DNA of 64,000 bases from Eledone cirrhosa (GCA_964016885.1 OZ024740.1:141546001-141610000); one strand, 5' to 3'; counted from the first letter of the stretch, positions 41,759-56,425 are shown. Made by a program: numbers and translations. Notes: generated by a model not told the origin, from the letters alone.

Positions 41759-43839
41759 ATGTTTAATATTTTGTCATCAGCTATGGCAAGCGTACAAAGA
41801 ACGCTAACGAACGTTGAAGAAGGAAAAAGTAAAGAAGAAATAGACTTTAACGTTGCTAAGAACTTTGCCTGTATCGATGTAGTTGACAACAAAGTTTTGT
41901 GTAACGAAAGTGAAGTAGACAACACAAACAAAATTGAACCACAGTGAACCACACAGTGTACAACAGACACCAAAATCAGCAGAAAAAACAATTGACACAA
42001 CTATAAACGGAAAATCCGACAACCACAACAACAACAACAACAACACCAAAAAAATAACTTTTACAAAAATAGTCACAAATAATAATTGTTTCTACTTTAG
42101 GCACAAGGCCTGCAATTAACCAGTGCATTACTGGTACTTTATTTTATTGACCCCGTAAGGATGAAATCGGCGGGATTTGAACAAATAATAATAACGTTAC
42201 CTCTAACTCCGCATCTATTGGCGTCACCATGGAAACCAATATGGACAACAAAAATAAAAACATGATCGAACCACACATGGTACAACAGACAGAAAAAACA
42301 ACAGAAAATAAAACCATTGACATAACTACAAACGGAAAAACCGACAACCTCAACAACAACAATAACAACAACACCAAAAAAACTTTTGCTCAAACAGTCA
42401 TCAAGACACAAGAATTCAAGGATCTCGATATCTCCAATGCGAAACAGATGCTCTCTGAAGCAAAGGAGTTTATCACTTTCGGTGAAAACGGTAGATTTCA
42501 AATAAACTCAACCCCAGAAATTCGTCTGGAAACATTTCGAAGGACAGTTACCTTCAGAACTGTTTCCAATGAAACAAAACGACCAACATTTCTCAGTCAA
42601 GGGGAAATTGAGGCAACCTTGAAGGAGATATTGCCAGACATTGACTTTATGCAGAGGGCCAAACAGTACGGGAGTATTTCGGTACTCCTCAAAAGCGAGG
42701 CCCTTGCACAAAGATACTCAGCGACGCCAATACTGTCACAAAAATTCTCCTTTTTCCCCGCATACCTGGGAAAAAGGACACAAAAAATTTGAGTTTCAAA
42801 CATAACACCAAATATTAATATTTGGTGGATATTGGCAGGATTTTTAGAGGAGAGAAAAGACACCATTCTCTCCATCAAAAAATCAACCAGACACACCTGG
42901 TCTGGTACAAATTTGGAGATTCTGGTGCAAATGAGCCCGGAAAGAATCTCCAAAATACCAGAAAAAGTGCTGGTGGACAACAACAGCCACATAAACATTT
43001 CGGTGGAGGGACGACAACCACATTGCTTTCGTTGCAATAGTACCACACACCTAAAGGCCTCCTGCCCTTTACAAACATGCTCAACCAAAACAATACAAAA
43101 GAAAACACTGTTACCAACACCAACACCAAGACAACCACTACCACAACAACTCACGAAACAAGCAAACACACCAAAACAAACAGCCACTCAACCAACAACA
43201 ACAGAAAAAACACAGACAACACCCCTGAAGAACACAGCCCCACCCCATCCCACTCCATCAAACACTACCACAAACACACACACCGAAACACCACCACCAC
43301 ACAACATACCCCTACCCCACACTCCTGACGATGATTATTCATCGACAGATGAGGCTGCTTCTCCTTCTTTAAGTGAAGAAGGAGAGCCTCGGAAATCTAA
43401 AAAACAAAAAAAGGGACACCACAAAACCCCCAAAACTCCAATAACCAACACCAACACCAACACACAACCACAGACACAAACAACAACACAAACAACACCA
43501 CAATCAAACATCCCCCTACCATCAAAACCAACACCAACACCACCCCAAACACAAGCACTCACCATAAAAAGGAAACTCCCGGACGAACAACAAACTAAAA
43601 CAACACAACAAAAACACAAACAACAATACTCATACATCAACACAAACAACAAGAGTTTGATGGAGGTCATCTCCCAAAACACCAAGGTGGAGACGGAGGG
43701 CAAAACTTTCGTCAAAGCAGAATCGTCTCCACACCTTAAACTTATAAGGGTTTCTATGGAGACCTATAGTGACCTGAAGAATAAATGTTTGCAGGACGTG
43801 GGGACTCCTGCCAGAAACCCATCAACCGCGTCCTGTTAA
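41759..43839 (+). pseudogene. LINE ORF1 (gag-like, CCHC knuckle, Thr/Pro-rich tail), disrupted
   Basis: VEGRQPHCFRCNSTTHLKASC; split over ORFs 41759, 41934, 42229 and 42832. Confidence 0.8.
42080..42185 (-). mobile_element. truncated SINE family A inserted in LINE ORF1
   Basis: ggcacaaggcc...actggtactttattttattgaccccgtaaggatgaaa..ggcgggatttgaac. Confidence 0.8.
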
Positions 43840-43956
43840 AATGTTTCCTCACCCCACCCCATCCAGCACCCAAATGGAGATTGAACAACCCGATCTCCAG
43901 GAAACGAAAAGGTAAGTGCACCTTTCGTCCTTTTTCTCCAACTCTTCTTCATCAAG

Positions 43957-46900
43957 ATGGCTAGTTTACGAGTTGGAAGCGTGAATGTGCGTGGCCTAGG
44001 GATGCCCTGGAAACAGGGCCAACTTTTAAACGACCTTAGGTCACATGGTATGGATGTGATAGCCATCACCGTGTCCAGGATCCACAACAGGCAACAACTA
44101 ACCCCCCATCTTTGACGACTTTGAGGTGGAGGCGGAATGGCTGTTTTGTTTCGGAAGAACCTGGACGTCGAAGTACCGCAAGTACACTTGGACCGGAGGG
44201 TAGACTGGTAGTCCTAGACGTGAACATTATTGGAGGTGGCTCCTTCACTCTGGTGGCCGTATATTTAAGCTTCTAGAGTCTTTTCTGGGAACGTCTCGCT
44301 CCTTACTTTTAGTGGAGGACTGGAATGGTATCCTAGATGCACAATGGGACTATGTGGGAGCATGTCCCAGTAGAGGGGGGTACAACAGCCTCAAAACTTT
44401 AATCGGCCAATTACAACTGGCCGATAGGTATCGACTGGATTTTCCGACTGCACCACAGTGGACATGGGCAAACCGCAGCGGGACATCTAGATCGTATTTA
44501 GATAGGTTCTTCATTAGAGAAAGGGACAAGATGTTAAGCTGTCCAAGAATGCACATGGTTGCCTATTCAGATCATAAATTAGTCGTCTGCTTAATCAACC
44601 GTGATAGAACACATAGACAGGGACCCGGATACTGGAAGCTGAACGTGTCGTTGTCGGCACGTAAAGCTTACAGTGAACGGATAAGTAGACTAGTCAAGCA
44701 ACAGTTAACGGGTCCATCGTCAACAATAAATGGTGGTACTCTCTCAAGAAAGCAATTAGAATAGAATCGATAGGGTTTAGCAGAGAGTTAGCCTTAGAGA
44801 AAAACAAAATAGAAAGAGAACTAGTAGCCAAGGTAGAGGAGGCACTTAGAAGTGGCAACGCGGCTAGAGTGTTAGCGTCGAGAGCGGCACTGGACCAGTT
44901 CTTCGATGCGAAACACAAAGGCTGCGTGGTCAGAAGCAAAACACATGCTCTAAGAAACGAAGGAGGGAAATCTGTCAGCTGGGCCCGAGTGGCGGAGGCA
45001 AAAAGTGGCAACAAGTCCACGATTCGGTCTTTGAAAGACCAAAACGGACGCGTGCTACTTGACCCCAAGCAATTGTGCGCGGCCTTTCAGCAGCACTTTG
45101 CGCGACTGTTTGATCAGAACGACGGTGAGCCGAACGGGCCAATGGACTTTAGTTCATACCTCGACGGCCTGCCGCGTCTCTCGAACACGGACGCCGAGTT
45201 CTGCGAAAGACCGATCACGGACACTGAGATACGGGACGCTCTGGGCCGCTGCGGGAAACGCAAGTAATCCGGTCTAGATGGTCTACCCTATGAGTTTTTC
45301 ATAGGCATGCCGGACTTGTTCTCTGGCGTCCTCGAAGCCGTCTACTGCAATTGGCTGCAGAACGGGAGAATTCCCAGTTCTGCAGGCAAGGGCGTAGTAA
45401 CGCTGATCAGGAAAGACGAGTACAAGGGGGACGAAATTGACAACTTCAGGCCCATAACTCTGCTCAACACAGAGTTAAAGATTTTGGCCAAGGTGCTAGC
45501 GAGGTTGGCGCTTGTCTCGAGAACCTGGTAGGGAAAGCACAAACCTGTGCAATCCCGACCAGGTCCATACACGACAACCTCCACCTCATGCGATACACCA
45601 TAGAGAAGGTGGGTAGTAAACCTGGCTTCGGTGGGGCTTTGATCAATTTGGATCAGTCTAAGGCATTCGATAGGGTCGACCATCGATACTTGGAAGCGGT
45701 TCTCAAGGGGGCCGGTTTCGGTCCCGTTTTCAGAGGCTGGATCGAGGCGATGCACACCAGCATCTGCTCGAGGGTCAAGGTGAACGGCTACCTATCGGAG
45801 CCGTTCGCAATCACGCGTTCCATTCGAGAGGGGTGCCCTCTCTCCTCCATTCTGTTTGTATTGACTCTAGAGCCACTACTGCGGAAATTGGAGCTGTTGC
45901 AGGGCATCCCTCTAGAACCGGGACTGCGCAAAGCGGCGTCGGCTTATGCAGACGACTTGACGATAATGGTGTCGAGCACCTCGGAAATCGGAGTGATCGG
46001 CAACTTACTGAAAGAATACGAAGCGCTGACGGGAGCAAAACTAAACCCGGACAAGTCTGCCGGTTTGAAACTCGGTACGTGGAGAAGCAAACCGATGACG
46101 TCCGACAGCGTCATTGGATGCTGGACGGACGGACCGGTGAAATTGCTCGGGGTCTGGTTAGGTCCAGACCTCCAAGTGGACAAAAACTGGAACGAGGTCA
46201 CGGCCAAGATGTTTGCGCTCACCCAGAAGTGGGCAGAGTGCAAACTGTCCTTGAAAGGTCGAGCGGAGGTAGCGAACTCTTTCATAGCGTCCGTCTTCTA
46301 CTACCGCTTGACTGTCGTGCCTTGTCCCCGTGAACACCTCGCCAAGATGGAATGCATTGCTCTTCCAGTTTCTGTGGAAGAAGCAGACTCCGCTGGTGAG
46401 GAGATCCGTCTGCTGTCAGTACCCTTCCAACGGAGAGCTGGGAATGCCGTCGCTGATAATGCGCAAACATGCGCTGAGGCTGCAGCATCTCCAGGTATTC
46501 ATCACCGACCCCCAACCGGTGTGGGCACCGTTTGTGAGACAGGCTTTCCCACAGCTCATCTCGCTGTCTGAGCTGCAGTCCTGGGTCAAGAAAAGACCGA
46601 AAACGATGGGAGCCTGGCACATTGAATGCGCTCAAGCGCTCACAGTCCTCTGGCAAGCGGGCGCAGAAATCAGTGGAGACTCCACTTCGACATTCTATAG
46701 AGGGATTGTACGTTACAAGGGCGATGACGTGCTCGGAGAGACTCTGGGCGTCGACGACGATGAGCTCACCAGTCTGTTTGGTAGGACTTTCCGTCCGGGA
46801 CCTATGGACAACTTCCAGAGGTCCCTGGCCTGGCAGTGCTACCGGGGAGCTCTACCGGTTCGTGACAAGATCTACAGGCACGGACGCCCCGGCAGGGATC

Positions 46901-47331
46901 CTTCCAAGAGGACGTGTTCAAGATGCGCGCAGGACATTGAAACAGTCCTGCACACAATTGTACACTGCCCGGGCGTAACCGACCTGTGGAACTATGCAGA
47001 ACAACTGCTGTCGCGTATGGGACAAATCCAGTTGACTGCCGAGTCCATAGTAAGGATCAAACCGCCAGCCTCTTTCGAAAACGAAAGAGAGGCGGTTTTC
47101 CTCTGTACAGTGGCTATGGTGAAAGAAGTTATATCGTGGACGAGGTTGAGAGAACCGAGGACAGATACCTTTCTCCCCGGACAACAATTGATTCCCTTCT
47201 TTAAGTATCACTTTAGAAGGAGAATCAGAGTGGAGAGAGAGGCACTCTATCCCAGTAAATTTACTGAAAGATGGGTGAATGTGGCAAAAATGGCCCGAGT
47301 GATTGGGCCTTCTCTGTTTATAAGCCTGTAG
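43957..47331 (+). pseudogene. LINE ORF2 (APE endonuclease, reverse transcriptase, C-terminal Zn finger), frameshifted
   Basis: GSVNVRGL, SYLDRFF, SDHK, GYWKLN, NFRPITLLN, LDQSKAFDRVDH, EGCPLS, SAYADD, CSRC..ETVLH...C. Confidence 0.95.
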
Positions 47332-48364
47332 GTTAAAGAAGGGAGCAAAAGGAAGACAGGAACACTTGCACAACACGCTCCTGTAGTTGAGGGTTGTTCT
47401 ATCGACGGGGTATTAAACAACCCATTTGTGGCGCTTCCTCCCTATTGGGGATTTCGATTCTTATAATTGTTTGTTTTATATTTTTTACACGACTGTATGT
47501 AAAATCCCCGGCATGTCTTTGTATTGTCCCCTTTGCTTGTGCGCCCTTGTGGCAAATAAAGAAATCACTCTATCTATCTCTTAATCTATCTGCCTGTCTG
47601 TCTGTCCGTCTACCTAACATATTGTCCCAGTTTTTTCCCCCTCCCAACTATTAACGTCCATCAACACTCATGGTCGAAAGATATGTTACACACATTATAC
47701 ACACATATTGCCATATTGTTCTCATCCAATATAACATGGTACCACCATTAAATAGACACTTATTCTGGAGAAGATGGTGTGGAGAATATCGAAGAAATAA
47801 GACAAAACTAAACTGGAACACATTAGCAAATGTACGTAGATGCATAATATACTATATAAAAACTGTCAGAAAGTGAAATAAAAGAATTTATACAAAGCAT
47901 ATATGATACACACAGGAAATAAAACAAAAGAACTGTTAACACATAAATAAAGATAAGTTATCAGAAACCAACGGTAGCATCATTACAGAAGTCAGCACAT
48001 ATAAAACACACAAGCACACAGAAAGCAATGGTAAAAGCCAGGGTTGACGCTATCATTAACGTCAAATAGGCAACTGCCTAGTCAACCTTAATGGTAGCCT
48101 CACAGTTCATAAGAGCCCCATGTACGGCGCGAGTAGTATGGGAGTAGGATTCAGAAACATTATTCTTTTACTCTTTTACGGGTTTCAGTCATTAGATGTG
48201 GCCATGCTGGAGTAAGGCATTGATTTAATAAATCATATCGACCCAGTACATATATTTTCAAGTTTGGCACTTACTTTATCGAAAATTGTTTTTGTCGAAC
48301 ATGAACATTTCACAGGACATGAACAGAGGCAGAAGCACAAACGTAAATAAACGGACACACACAC

Positions 48365-48484
<120 letters not shown>

Positions 48485-49005
48485 ATTTATATATATATAG
48501 CTAATAAGTGAAAGAAACAAAACACAGGAGGCAAAATTACAGTTATATTAGACGGGCATCTGCAGTTTCCATTAACCAAATTTCACTCAGAAGGTATACT
48601 GGTCAATCTGAGAGTATAGTAAAAAGAAACTTGCACAAGGTGCCGGAAGCAGGACTGAAACCGGGGCCTCGTGATTGTGAAGCGAACTTCTTAACCAGAT
48701 AGTGATAAATAAATAAATAAAGAGATAAGGAAATAAAATAAATGATGGTCGTAGCTGGAACCTTTTTGATCCTAAGTCTGCTCAGTCAGAGCTGACCTGG
48801 GATTACACAACAACAATACAAGAACACCATCACCACCATCACCGCCGCCGCCACCATCAGCATAATCATAACACTACTAATGCAGTGCTTTAATCCGTGT
48901 GTTATAAGAAAGCCAATATTCACTCTGCCGGAGTCTTTAACCGGAATATCTTTGGTAGCTCTTGCAATGTGATAAATTACTATGTCGGAAGCTTGCAACT
49001 GGCTT

Positions 49006-49081
<76 letters not shown>

Positions 49082-49323
49082 CCTCTCTCTCTCTCTCGCA
49101 ATCTTCAGAACTGCATTTATAACTGTTTCATTGACTTTTCGCCGCCGATTTATTTGTAAAAAGCCGATTTCACGGCTTGATTAACTCAATCTATCAATAC
49201 TTTCAGCTGGTTCTATTTCAGACGTATTATGTCAGTGATCAAGCGTGCAAACAACATACCAAATACGCAAGGTCATTCGCGCGCACACCACACACAAACA
49301 CGCATTCACATATATATATATAC

Positions 49324-49399
<76 letters not shown>

Positions 49400-49408
49400 T
49401 ATATATAT

Positions 49409-49475
<67 letters not shown>

Positions 49476-49891
49476 CACACACAGAGATGTACTAACATTC
49501 GCATATAAACGCAAATATGTGCATGTGTATATAAGCCTGTACTGAATATCTTAATGTTTTTGCTCGGTAAACCATAAGCATGTATGTCGCGCGTGCGTAT
49601 GTGCGTATATACATGTGCATGTATATTTATATAAATGTATATAAATATATTTATGTGAATGTATATACATATTTATGTAAATATATGTATACATTATCGT
49701 AAGTTCTCCACCCGTCTATATGTGTCGCCCACGAACGCAGGTACTGTGACAAAGTCATTAATTTTGTGGCTTCAATTGACACCATAATCAGAGGTGATAG
49801 CGTCGTTGCCCGTATTTCTGTTTGTTTTTCTTTCTCTCTACTTTACTACCTCACTTCTTCATGCACATTCTTTCTTCCCTTATCCTTCATA

Positions 49892-49995
<104 letters not shown>

Positions 49996-50544
49996 CTTCG
50001 TTTGTGAATTTGTTTTACAAGATTTCTTATCTGAAAATGTGTGTTGAAACAGATATTGTTATACTTTGGGAAGGGTCATGCTGCCAATAAAAACACACGC
50101 ACTTGTTGGTTTTCACTACAATTTATTACAAATTTCCGGTTGGCTGGTTCAATAACGGGATGCTTATTTATTTATTTATTGTGAAAGCTCTTTCGTTACA
50201 CATTCTGTGGCCTCCTCAGTGACTGATTTGGTATTTTGTGTCTCTCCTTTGTTCTGTTCGACACCAAAACAAGGTTCTGCCCTACACCAAACAATGATTC
50301 CCTTACAGAAGTCAGACGAGCTATTGATTCCAGAGTCAGACCCAATCGATGCAGATCGAACCTTGAGCTGATCAATCGCGAAACGCGCGTCACACCTCAA
50401 TAAATGAAATGGAAATTTAACACCTCGTCCCCTTTTATTATGATTATACTACTCTGCTTAGTACAACACCAATATACCTACTGGAAACTACGCATCGAGT
50501 GCTCACTCTGTTGAACCTAGAGTAACTTGACATTACAATCCATA

Positions 50545-50575
<31 letters not shown>

Positions 50576-50680
50576 AGTATTGAAATTTCCGTCGGAAACA
50601 GAAAAGGTCATAGAAGTGAAGAGTGCTCTATGTAAGTATCAGAGCAAAATTTAATGTATAAAAATCAATACAATATAATT

Positions 50681-50752
50681 ACCTCATTACCAGAGGTTTC
50701 CCGAATGAGGCGAATACGAAATAAACGTCTTCATTCGTTCGTCAGACGAGGC
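50681..50752 (-). ncRNA. hammerhead ribozyme in inverted pLTR
   Basis: Reverse complement of the 56178-56249 motif. Confidence 0.75.
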
Positions 50753-51763
50753 AATATAAAACGTGGGTAAATACTTAGAAAAACTCATCAAGAAAATCAA
50801 AAAAAGATATAGACAAATGAATTAGAAATTGAAATATATAAAAAATCTATCAAGAAATATAGTTAGGCGTGTGTATATGTATGTATATACGCTCGTAGAT
50901 GTGCATATATGTATATGTACACATGTATATGTATAGTGAAAAAGTGTGCGTAATTCTAAAATTTAGGGCAAATGTATCTATAATCTACAGACAGAATAGT
51001 TACATCATAAATATATGAATATGAAGGCGCGCGCATAAAACGCCCGCACACTCGTACACTTAGATGCAGAAGTAAAAGAGGTAAGGGAGTGTAATAATTA
51101 AAGGAAAGTATCAATCTCGATATATTTATAAAAATGTAACGATAAATTAGATTAGAAAGAAAAAAATTTTAGAAAGAAAAAATTAAAGAAAAGAAGACAA
51201 AAAAAGGGTACATACATACACAGACACGCATGTCTCACAAAAGAAAAGCGAAAATATATATTCTTATATACACACGCGCACTTACACATCCATACGTTCG
51301 ATACGTACATACACACACACACACACACACACATACTTACACTCACGCATATTGACCTGTATGCATGCACACGCATAAAACTGAGTAAGTAAAAAAAGGG
51401 GAAAGGGGGGGGGAGAAGAAAAAAGGAACAAAAACATAAAACCGAGATGTCAAAAAAACACGGATATAAAGACACATACACATGCGCATAATATATACAT
51501 ACACACACACACACATACATATACACAGACATATATATATCGGAGAAGATGAACTTATTTTCATTTTCATTTTTATTTTTATTTTTATTTTTATTTTTAT
51601 TTTTATTTTTATTTTTGCGCAGCCTATCTTACAATTTTATATTTGTACTTATTTATCCACAAGTTTTTTACACCCTGTATCAATATAGCTGAATGCCTTA
51701 ATGTGTGTATACTTTTATATATGTACATGAGTGACTACGTATGTGCGCGCGCGTGCGTGTATG

Positions 51764-51816
<53 letters not shown>

Positions 51817-51975
51817 ATGTATATATTATGCGTATTATGTGTCTTTATATCCGTGTTTTTTGACATCTCGGTTTTATGTTTTGTTCCTTTTTTCTTCTCC
51901 CCCCCCTTTCCTTTTTTTACTTACTCAGTTTTATGCGTGTGCATGCAAACAGGTTCATATGCGTGAGTGTAAGTA

Positions 51976-52006
<31 letters not shown>

Positions 52007-52532
52007 ACTATCGAACGTATGGATGTGTAAGTGCGCGTGCGTATATAAGCATATATATTTTTGCATTTCTTTTGTGAGACATGCGTGTCTGTTTATGTAT
52101 GTACCCTTTTTTTGTCTTTTCTTTAATTTTTTCTTTCTAATTTATTGTTACATTTTTATAAATATATCGAGATTGATACTTTCCTTTAATTATTACACTC
52201 CCTTGCCTCTTTTACTTCCGCATCTAAGTGTACGAGTGTGCAGGCGTTTTATGCGCGCGCCTTCATATTCATATATTTATGATGTAACTATTCTGTCTGT
52301 AGATTATAGATACATTTGCCCTAAATTTTAGAATTACGCACACTTTCTCACTATACGTATACATGTGTGCATATACATATATGCACATCTGTGAGCGTAT
52401 ATACATACATATACACACACCTAACTATATTTCTTGATAGATTTTTATATATTTCAATTTCTAATTCATTTGTCTATATCTTTTTTGATTTTCTTGATGA
52501 GTTTTTCTAAATATTTACCCATGTTTTATATT

Positions 52533-52604
52533 GCCTCGTCTGACGAACGAATGAAGTCGTTTATTTCGTATTCGCCTCATTCGGAAAACCTCTGGTAATG
52601 AGGT
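52533..52604 (+). ncRNA. hammerhead ribozyme in 5' pLTR
   Basis: gcctcgt CTGACGA acgaatga...tcattcg GAAA acctctgg TA atgaggt; variant core spacing. Confidence 0.7.
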
Positions 52605-52826
52605 AATTATATTGTATTGATTTTTATACATTAAATTTTGCTCTGATACTTACATAGAGCACTCTTCATTACTATGACCTTTTCTGTTTCCAACGGAAAT
52701 TTCAATACTTATAAAGCTCCCAAGGGAATGATCGCAGCATATTCTACATCGTTATGAGATTGGCACCTTCCAGCCCTTTTAAAGTCGAGCACTCTTCAGT
52801 CATAGGATTTTAAACCAATACCGAAC

Positions 52827-54964
52827 ATGGATAAATACCCTTTGGACTACTCTGTAAAGAATATCCCAACACCTTCTAACACTCTCTACACGAAAATACT
52901 GATAGACAAAGTAGAGAGGGTTGTTAAAAGAATGAGATGGAAAGCTTTGATTCTCGATGGACAATTTAACACGGATTCTACGGAATATTTTGACATCAAA
53001 ACTCATAAATACCCGCAAAGAGTAAAAAATATGACCGCCTTTGAATTAGACCTAGTTAACCTAATCAACAACATCAATTTTCGTAAGTACTCTAACCCCT
53101 TTCAATCTAAATTATCTAATGATATTTCTACTTTCAAATCTTCTAATAATAAGTTCATCTTCTCCGATAAAACTAAAAACCTATATGAAGTTAATAATAA
53201 TTTACACGTCCAACTATTAATAGATAATATCACCTCTAAATACCAAATAGCTAATATAAATACGTACCATAATATAAATAAGGAAGCTAAAGAATTAGCT
53301 GTTTCTTTAAAAATAGATAATAGGACAGAAAAACTTGCTAAACGTTCTGCGTATATCACCCTTAAATATCATAAACCCGACTTTATTAATCGTCCTAGTT
53401 GTAGATTAATCAACCCCGCTAAGACTGATATTGGTCTTGCCAGCAAAAAAATTTTAAATAAATTAAATACACACATTAGAAGTAAGTCTAAATTACTCCA
53501 ATGGATAAATAGCTCTTCCGTAGTACATTGGTTTAATAATATTAAAAACAAATTTAGTTCTAGATTCACCCAATTTGACATTGTAGATTTCTACCCATCT
53601 ATTACTCAGACCCTTTTAGTGAAAGCTTTAAATTTCGCTAGAGGGTTCACTAATATCTCCGATATTGAAGAGAATGTCATCTTGCATTCTAGGAACACTC
53701 TACTTTTTAATGATAATGACATTTGGGTAAAAATATCTAACCCAGAGAACCCATTCGATGTCTCAATGGGCTCTTATGACAGTGCCGATGTTTGTGATCT
53801 GGTCGGCCTATTCCTCTTACATACACTTAAAGAAAAATTTCCTAACCATATATTTGGGCTTTATCGCGACGATGGTCTAATACTTTCCCATACCACCATA
53901 GGCCATAACTTAGATAGATTAAGGAAAGACTTAATAAAAACCTTCGCTAGTTTTAATCTTAAAATTACTATTGACACTAACCTTTCCAACGTAGATTTCC
54001 TAGATATAAACCTAGATTTGCCTACTGCTTCTTATAAACCATACCATAAACCTAATGAAAACTTAAAATATATAAATAAAGGATCTTGCCATCCACCTAT
54101 AGTTTTTAAAAACCTTATCCCTAATATTAGCCGTAGGATCTCCACCCTCTCTTCCTCAGAAGCTATTTTTAATAAGGCATCCCCCTACTATAATAAAGCC
54201 CTCCAAAATAGCGGTTTTAGCGAACCGATTAAATACATACCTAACTATACTAACTCTATTAAACATAAAAATAGGAAAAGAAAAATAATCTGGTTCACAC
54301 CCCCCTACTCTCTAGCAGTTAAAACTAATGTAGGCAAAAAATTCCTTGAGCTCCTAGATAAACATTTCCCTAGAACACATAGATACTATAAGATCTTTAA
54401 CAGAAACTGTGTTAAAATTAGCTATTCCTGCGGTCCCCCTATTAAGTCCTATATCCTCAACAAAATATCACCTAGAGAAAATCAAACTTGCTCCTGTAGA
54501 ATCAAAAGTGAATGCCCATTACAAGGTAAATGCAACACCAAAGCCATTGTATATGCGGCTAAAGTGACAACCATCAGCAACAACCATCCAGCCACCAGTG
54601 AACGATATGTGGGTATGACGCAAGACAAATTCAAAACACGTTATTACTCACATGTCGCATCCTTTCGACATCCAGAAAACAGATTTACAACAGCTCTGGC
54701 TAGCAGAATTTGGGATTTGAAAGACCAAGACATCCAATATAAATTAGATTGGTCAATTTTGAACCAATCTAAAAAATATGCTAGAGGAACAAGAAAATGC
54801 ACGCTCTGCATAAATGAAAAATATTGGATATTGCAAAATCTAAAATCACCAAGACCTGCCTGAACACAAAGACGGAAATTTTCACCAGTTGCCCACACAT
54901 GAAATCACACCTGCTTTCCAGCTCATATAAACTTAACACACTTTCAGATACTTATCCTCCATAA
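52827..54964 (+). CDS. PLE reverse transcriptase + GIY-YIG endonuclease; 678-aa open frame, then one frameshift near 54850
   Basis: YSVKNIPTPS..KRMRWKA, CRLINPAKT, FDIVDFYPSI, MGSYDSA, LYRDDGL, FLD, CSCRIKSECPLQGKC, IVY..YVG, KCTLCINEK; shifted frame continues CLNTKTEIFTSCPH...*. Confidence 0.93.
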
Positions 54965-55356
54965 ACTCTTATTATTCTCTTTTTAATTACCCTTTCTGAC
55001 TTACTTTCTTTTTTTATCCTTGTCAATAATTTCATTTATTTTTATTTTTATTTTTACTTCACATCCACCCCCCCCCTTTATTATCCGATTCACTTTCCAT
55101 TTTTTACTTCCCCTTCTTTTACTTCCCTTTTTCCTCCACTAACTGATTACACTTGTCTTTTGTGTTCTTCAATCCAGATATATTTTCCATTTTTATTTTT
55201 ATTTTTTATTTTTGCGCAGCCAATCTTACAATTTTATATTTGTACTTACTTATCCACAAGTTTTTTACACCCTGTATCAATATGGCTGAACGCCTTAATG
55301 TGTGTATACTTTTATATATGTACATGAGTGACTACGTATGTGCGCGCGCGTGCGTG

Positions 55357-55404
<48 letters not shown>

Positions 55405-56177
55405 TGTGTATATGTATGTGTGTGTGTGTGTATGTATATATTATGCGTATGTGTATGTGTCTTTATATCCGTCTTTTTTTGACATCTCGGTTTTATGTTT
55501 TTGTTCCTTTTTTCTTCTCCCCCCCTTTCCCCTTTTTTTTACTTACTCAGTTTTATGCGTGTGCATGCATACAGGTCAATATGCGTGAGTGTAAGTATGT
55601 GTGTGTGTGTGTGTGTGTGTATGTACGTATCGAACGTATGGATGTGTAAGTGCGCGTGTGTATATAAGAATATATATTTTCGCTTTTCTTTTGTGAGACA
55701 TGCGTGTCTGTGTATGTATGTACCCTTTTTTTGTCTTCTTTTCTTTAATTTTTTCTTTCTAAAATTTTTTCTTTCTAATCTAATTTATTGTTACATTTTT
55801 ATAAATATATCGAGATTGATACTTTCCTTTAATTATTACACTCCCTTACCTCTTTTACTTCTGCATCTAAGTGTACGAGTGTGCGGGCGTTTTATGCGCG
55901 CGCCTTCATATTCATATATTTATGATGTAACTATTCTGTCTGTAGATTATAGATACATTTGCCCTAAATTTTAGAATTACGCACACTTTTTCACTATACA
56001 TATACATGTGTACATATACATATATGCACATCTACGAGCGTATATACATACATATACACACACCTAACTATATTTCTTGATAGATTTTTTATATATTTCA
56101 ATTTCTAATTCATTTGTCTATATCTTTTTTTGATTTTCTTGATGAGTTTTTCTAAATATTTACCCATGTTTTATATT

Positions 56178-56249
56178 GCCTCGTCTGACGAACGAATGAA
56201 GACGTTTATTTCGTATTATCCTCATTCGGGAAACCTCTGGTAATGAGGT
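56178..56249 (+). ncRNA. hammerhead ribozyme in 3' pLTR
   Basis: gcctcgt CTGACGA a-cgaatga...tcattcg-g GAAA cctctgg TA atgaggt; GUA triplet. Confidence 0.8.
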
Positions 56250-56425
56250 AATTATATTGTATTGATTTTTATACATTATATATATATATATATATATATA
56301 ATTGGTGTGGGATGCTTAAAGCGTCCGTAAGCGGTAGGCCGTTTGAGCACTCGATGCTCTTACAGAGCAGAGTATGATATCACATAAGAAACGGGGAATC
56401 AGTGTTGCGACGAATAACATTTATT

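Larger units (their letters stand above)
41563..47565 (+). mobile_element. near full-length L1/Tx1-type LINE, degraded
   Basis: ORF1 with CCHC, ORF2 APE-RT-Zn finger, AATAAA at 47555; candidate TSD tct(g/a)tctatctct at 41550-41562 / 47569-47581. Confidence 0.9.
50572..56277 (+). mobile_element. Naiad-type Penelope-like element with inverted + tandem pseudo-LTRs, inserted in (TA)n
   Basis: Inverted pLTR 50572-51539, direct pLTR ~51570-52713, ORF, 3' pLTR ~55186-56277; (TA)n on both sides. Confidence 0.92.

Noticed and set aside
50178-50225. Minus-strand CTGAGGA...GAAA gagc TT motif
   Set aside because: Stems I and III pair poorly; not counted
52827-54863. Selenoprotein-type Naiad (in-frame UGA as Sec)
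   Set aside because: No internal TGA; the Cys motifs use TGC/TGT, and the terminal TGA follows a frameshift
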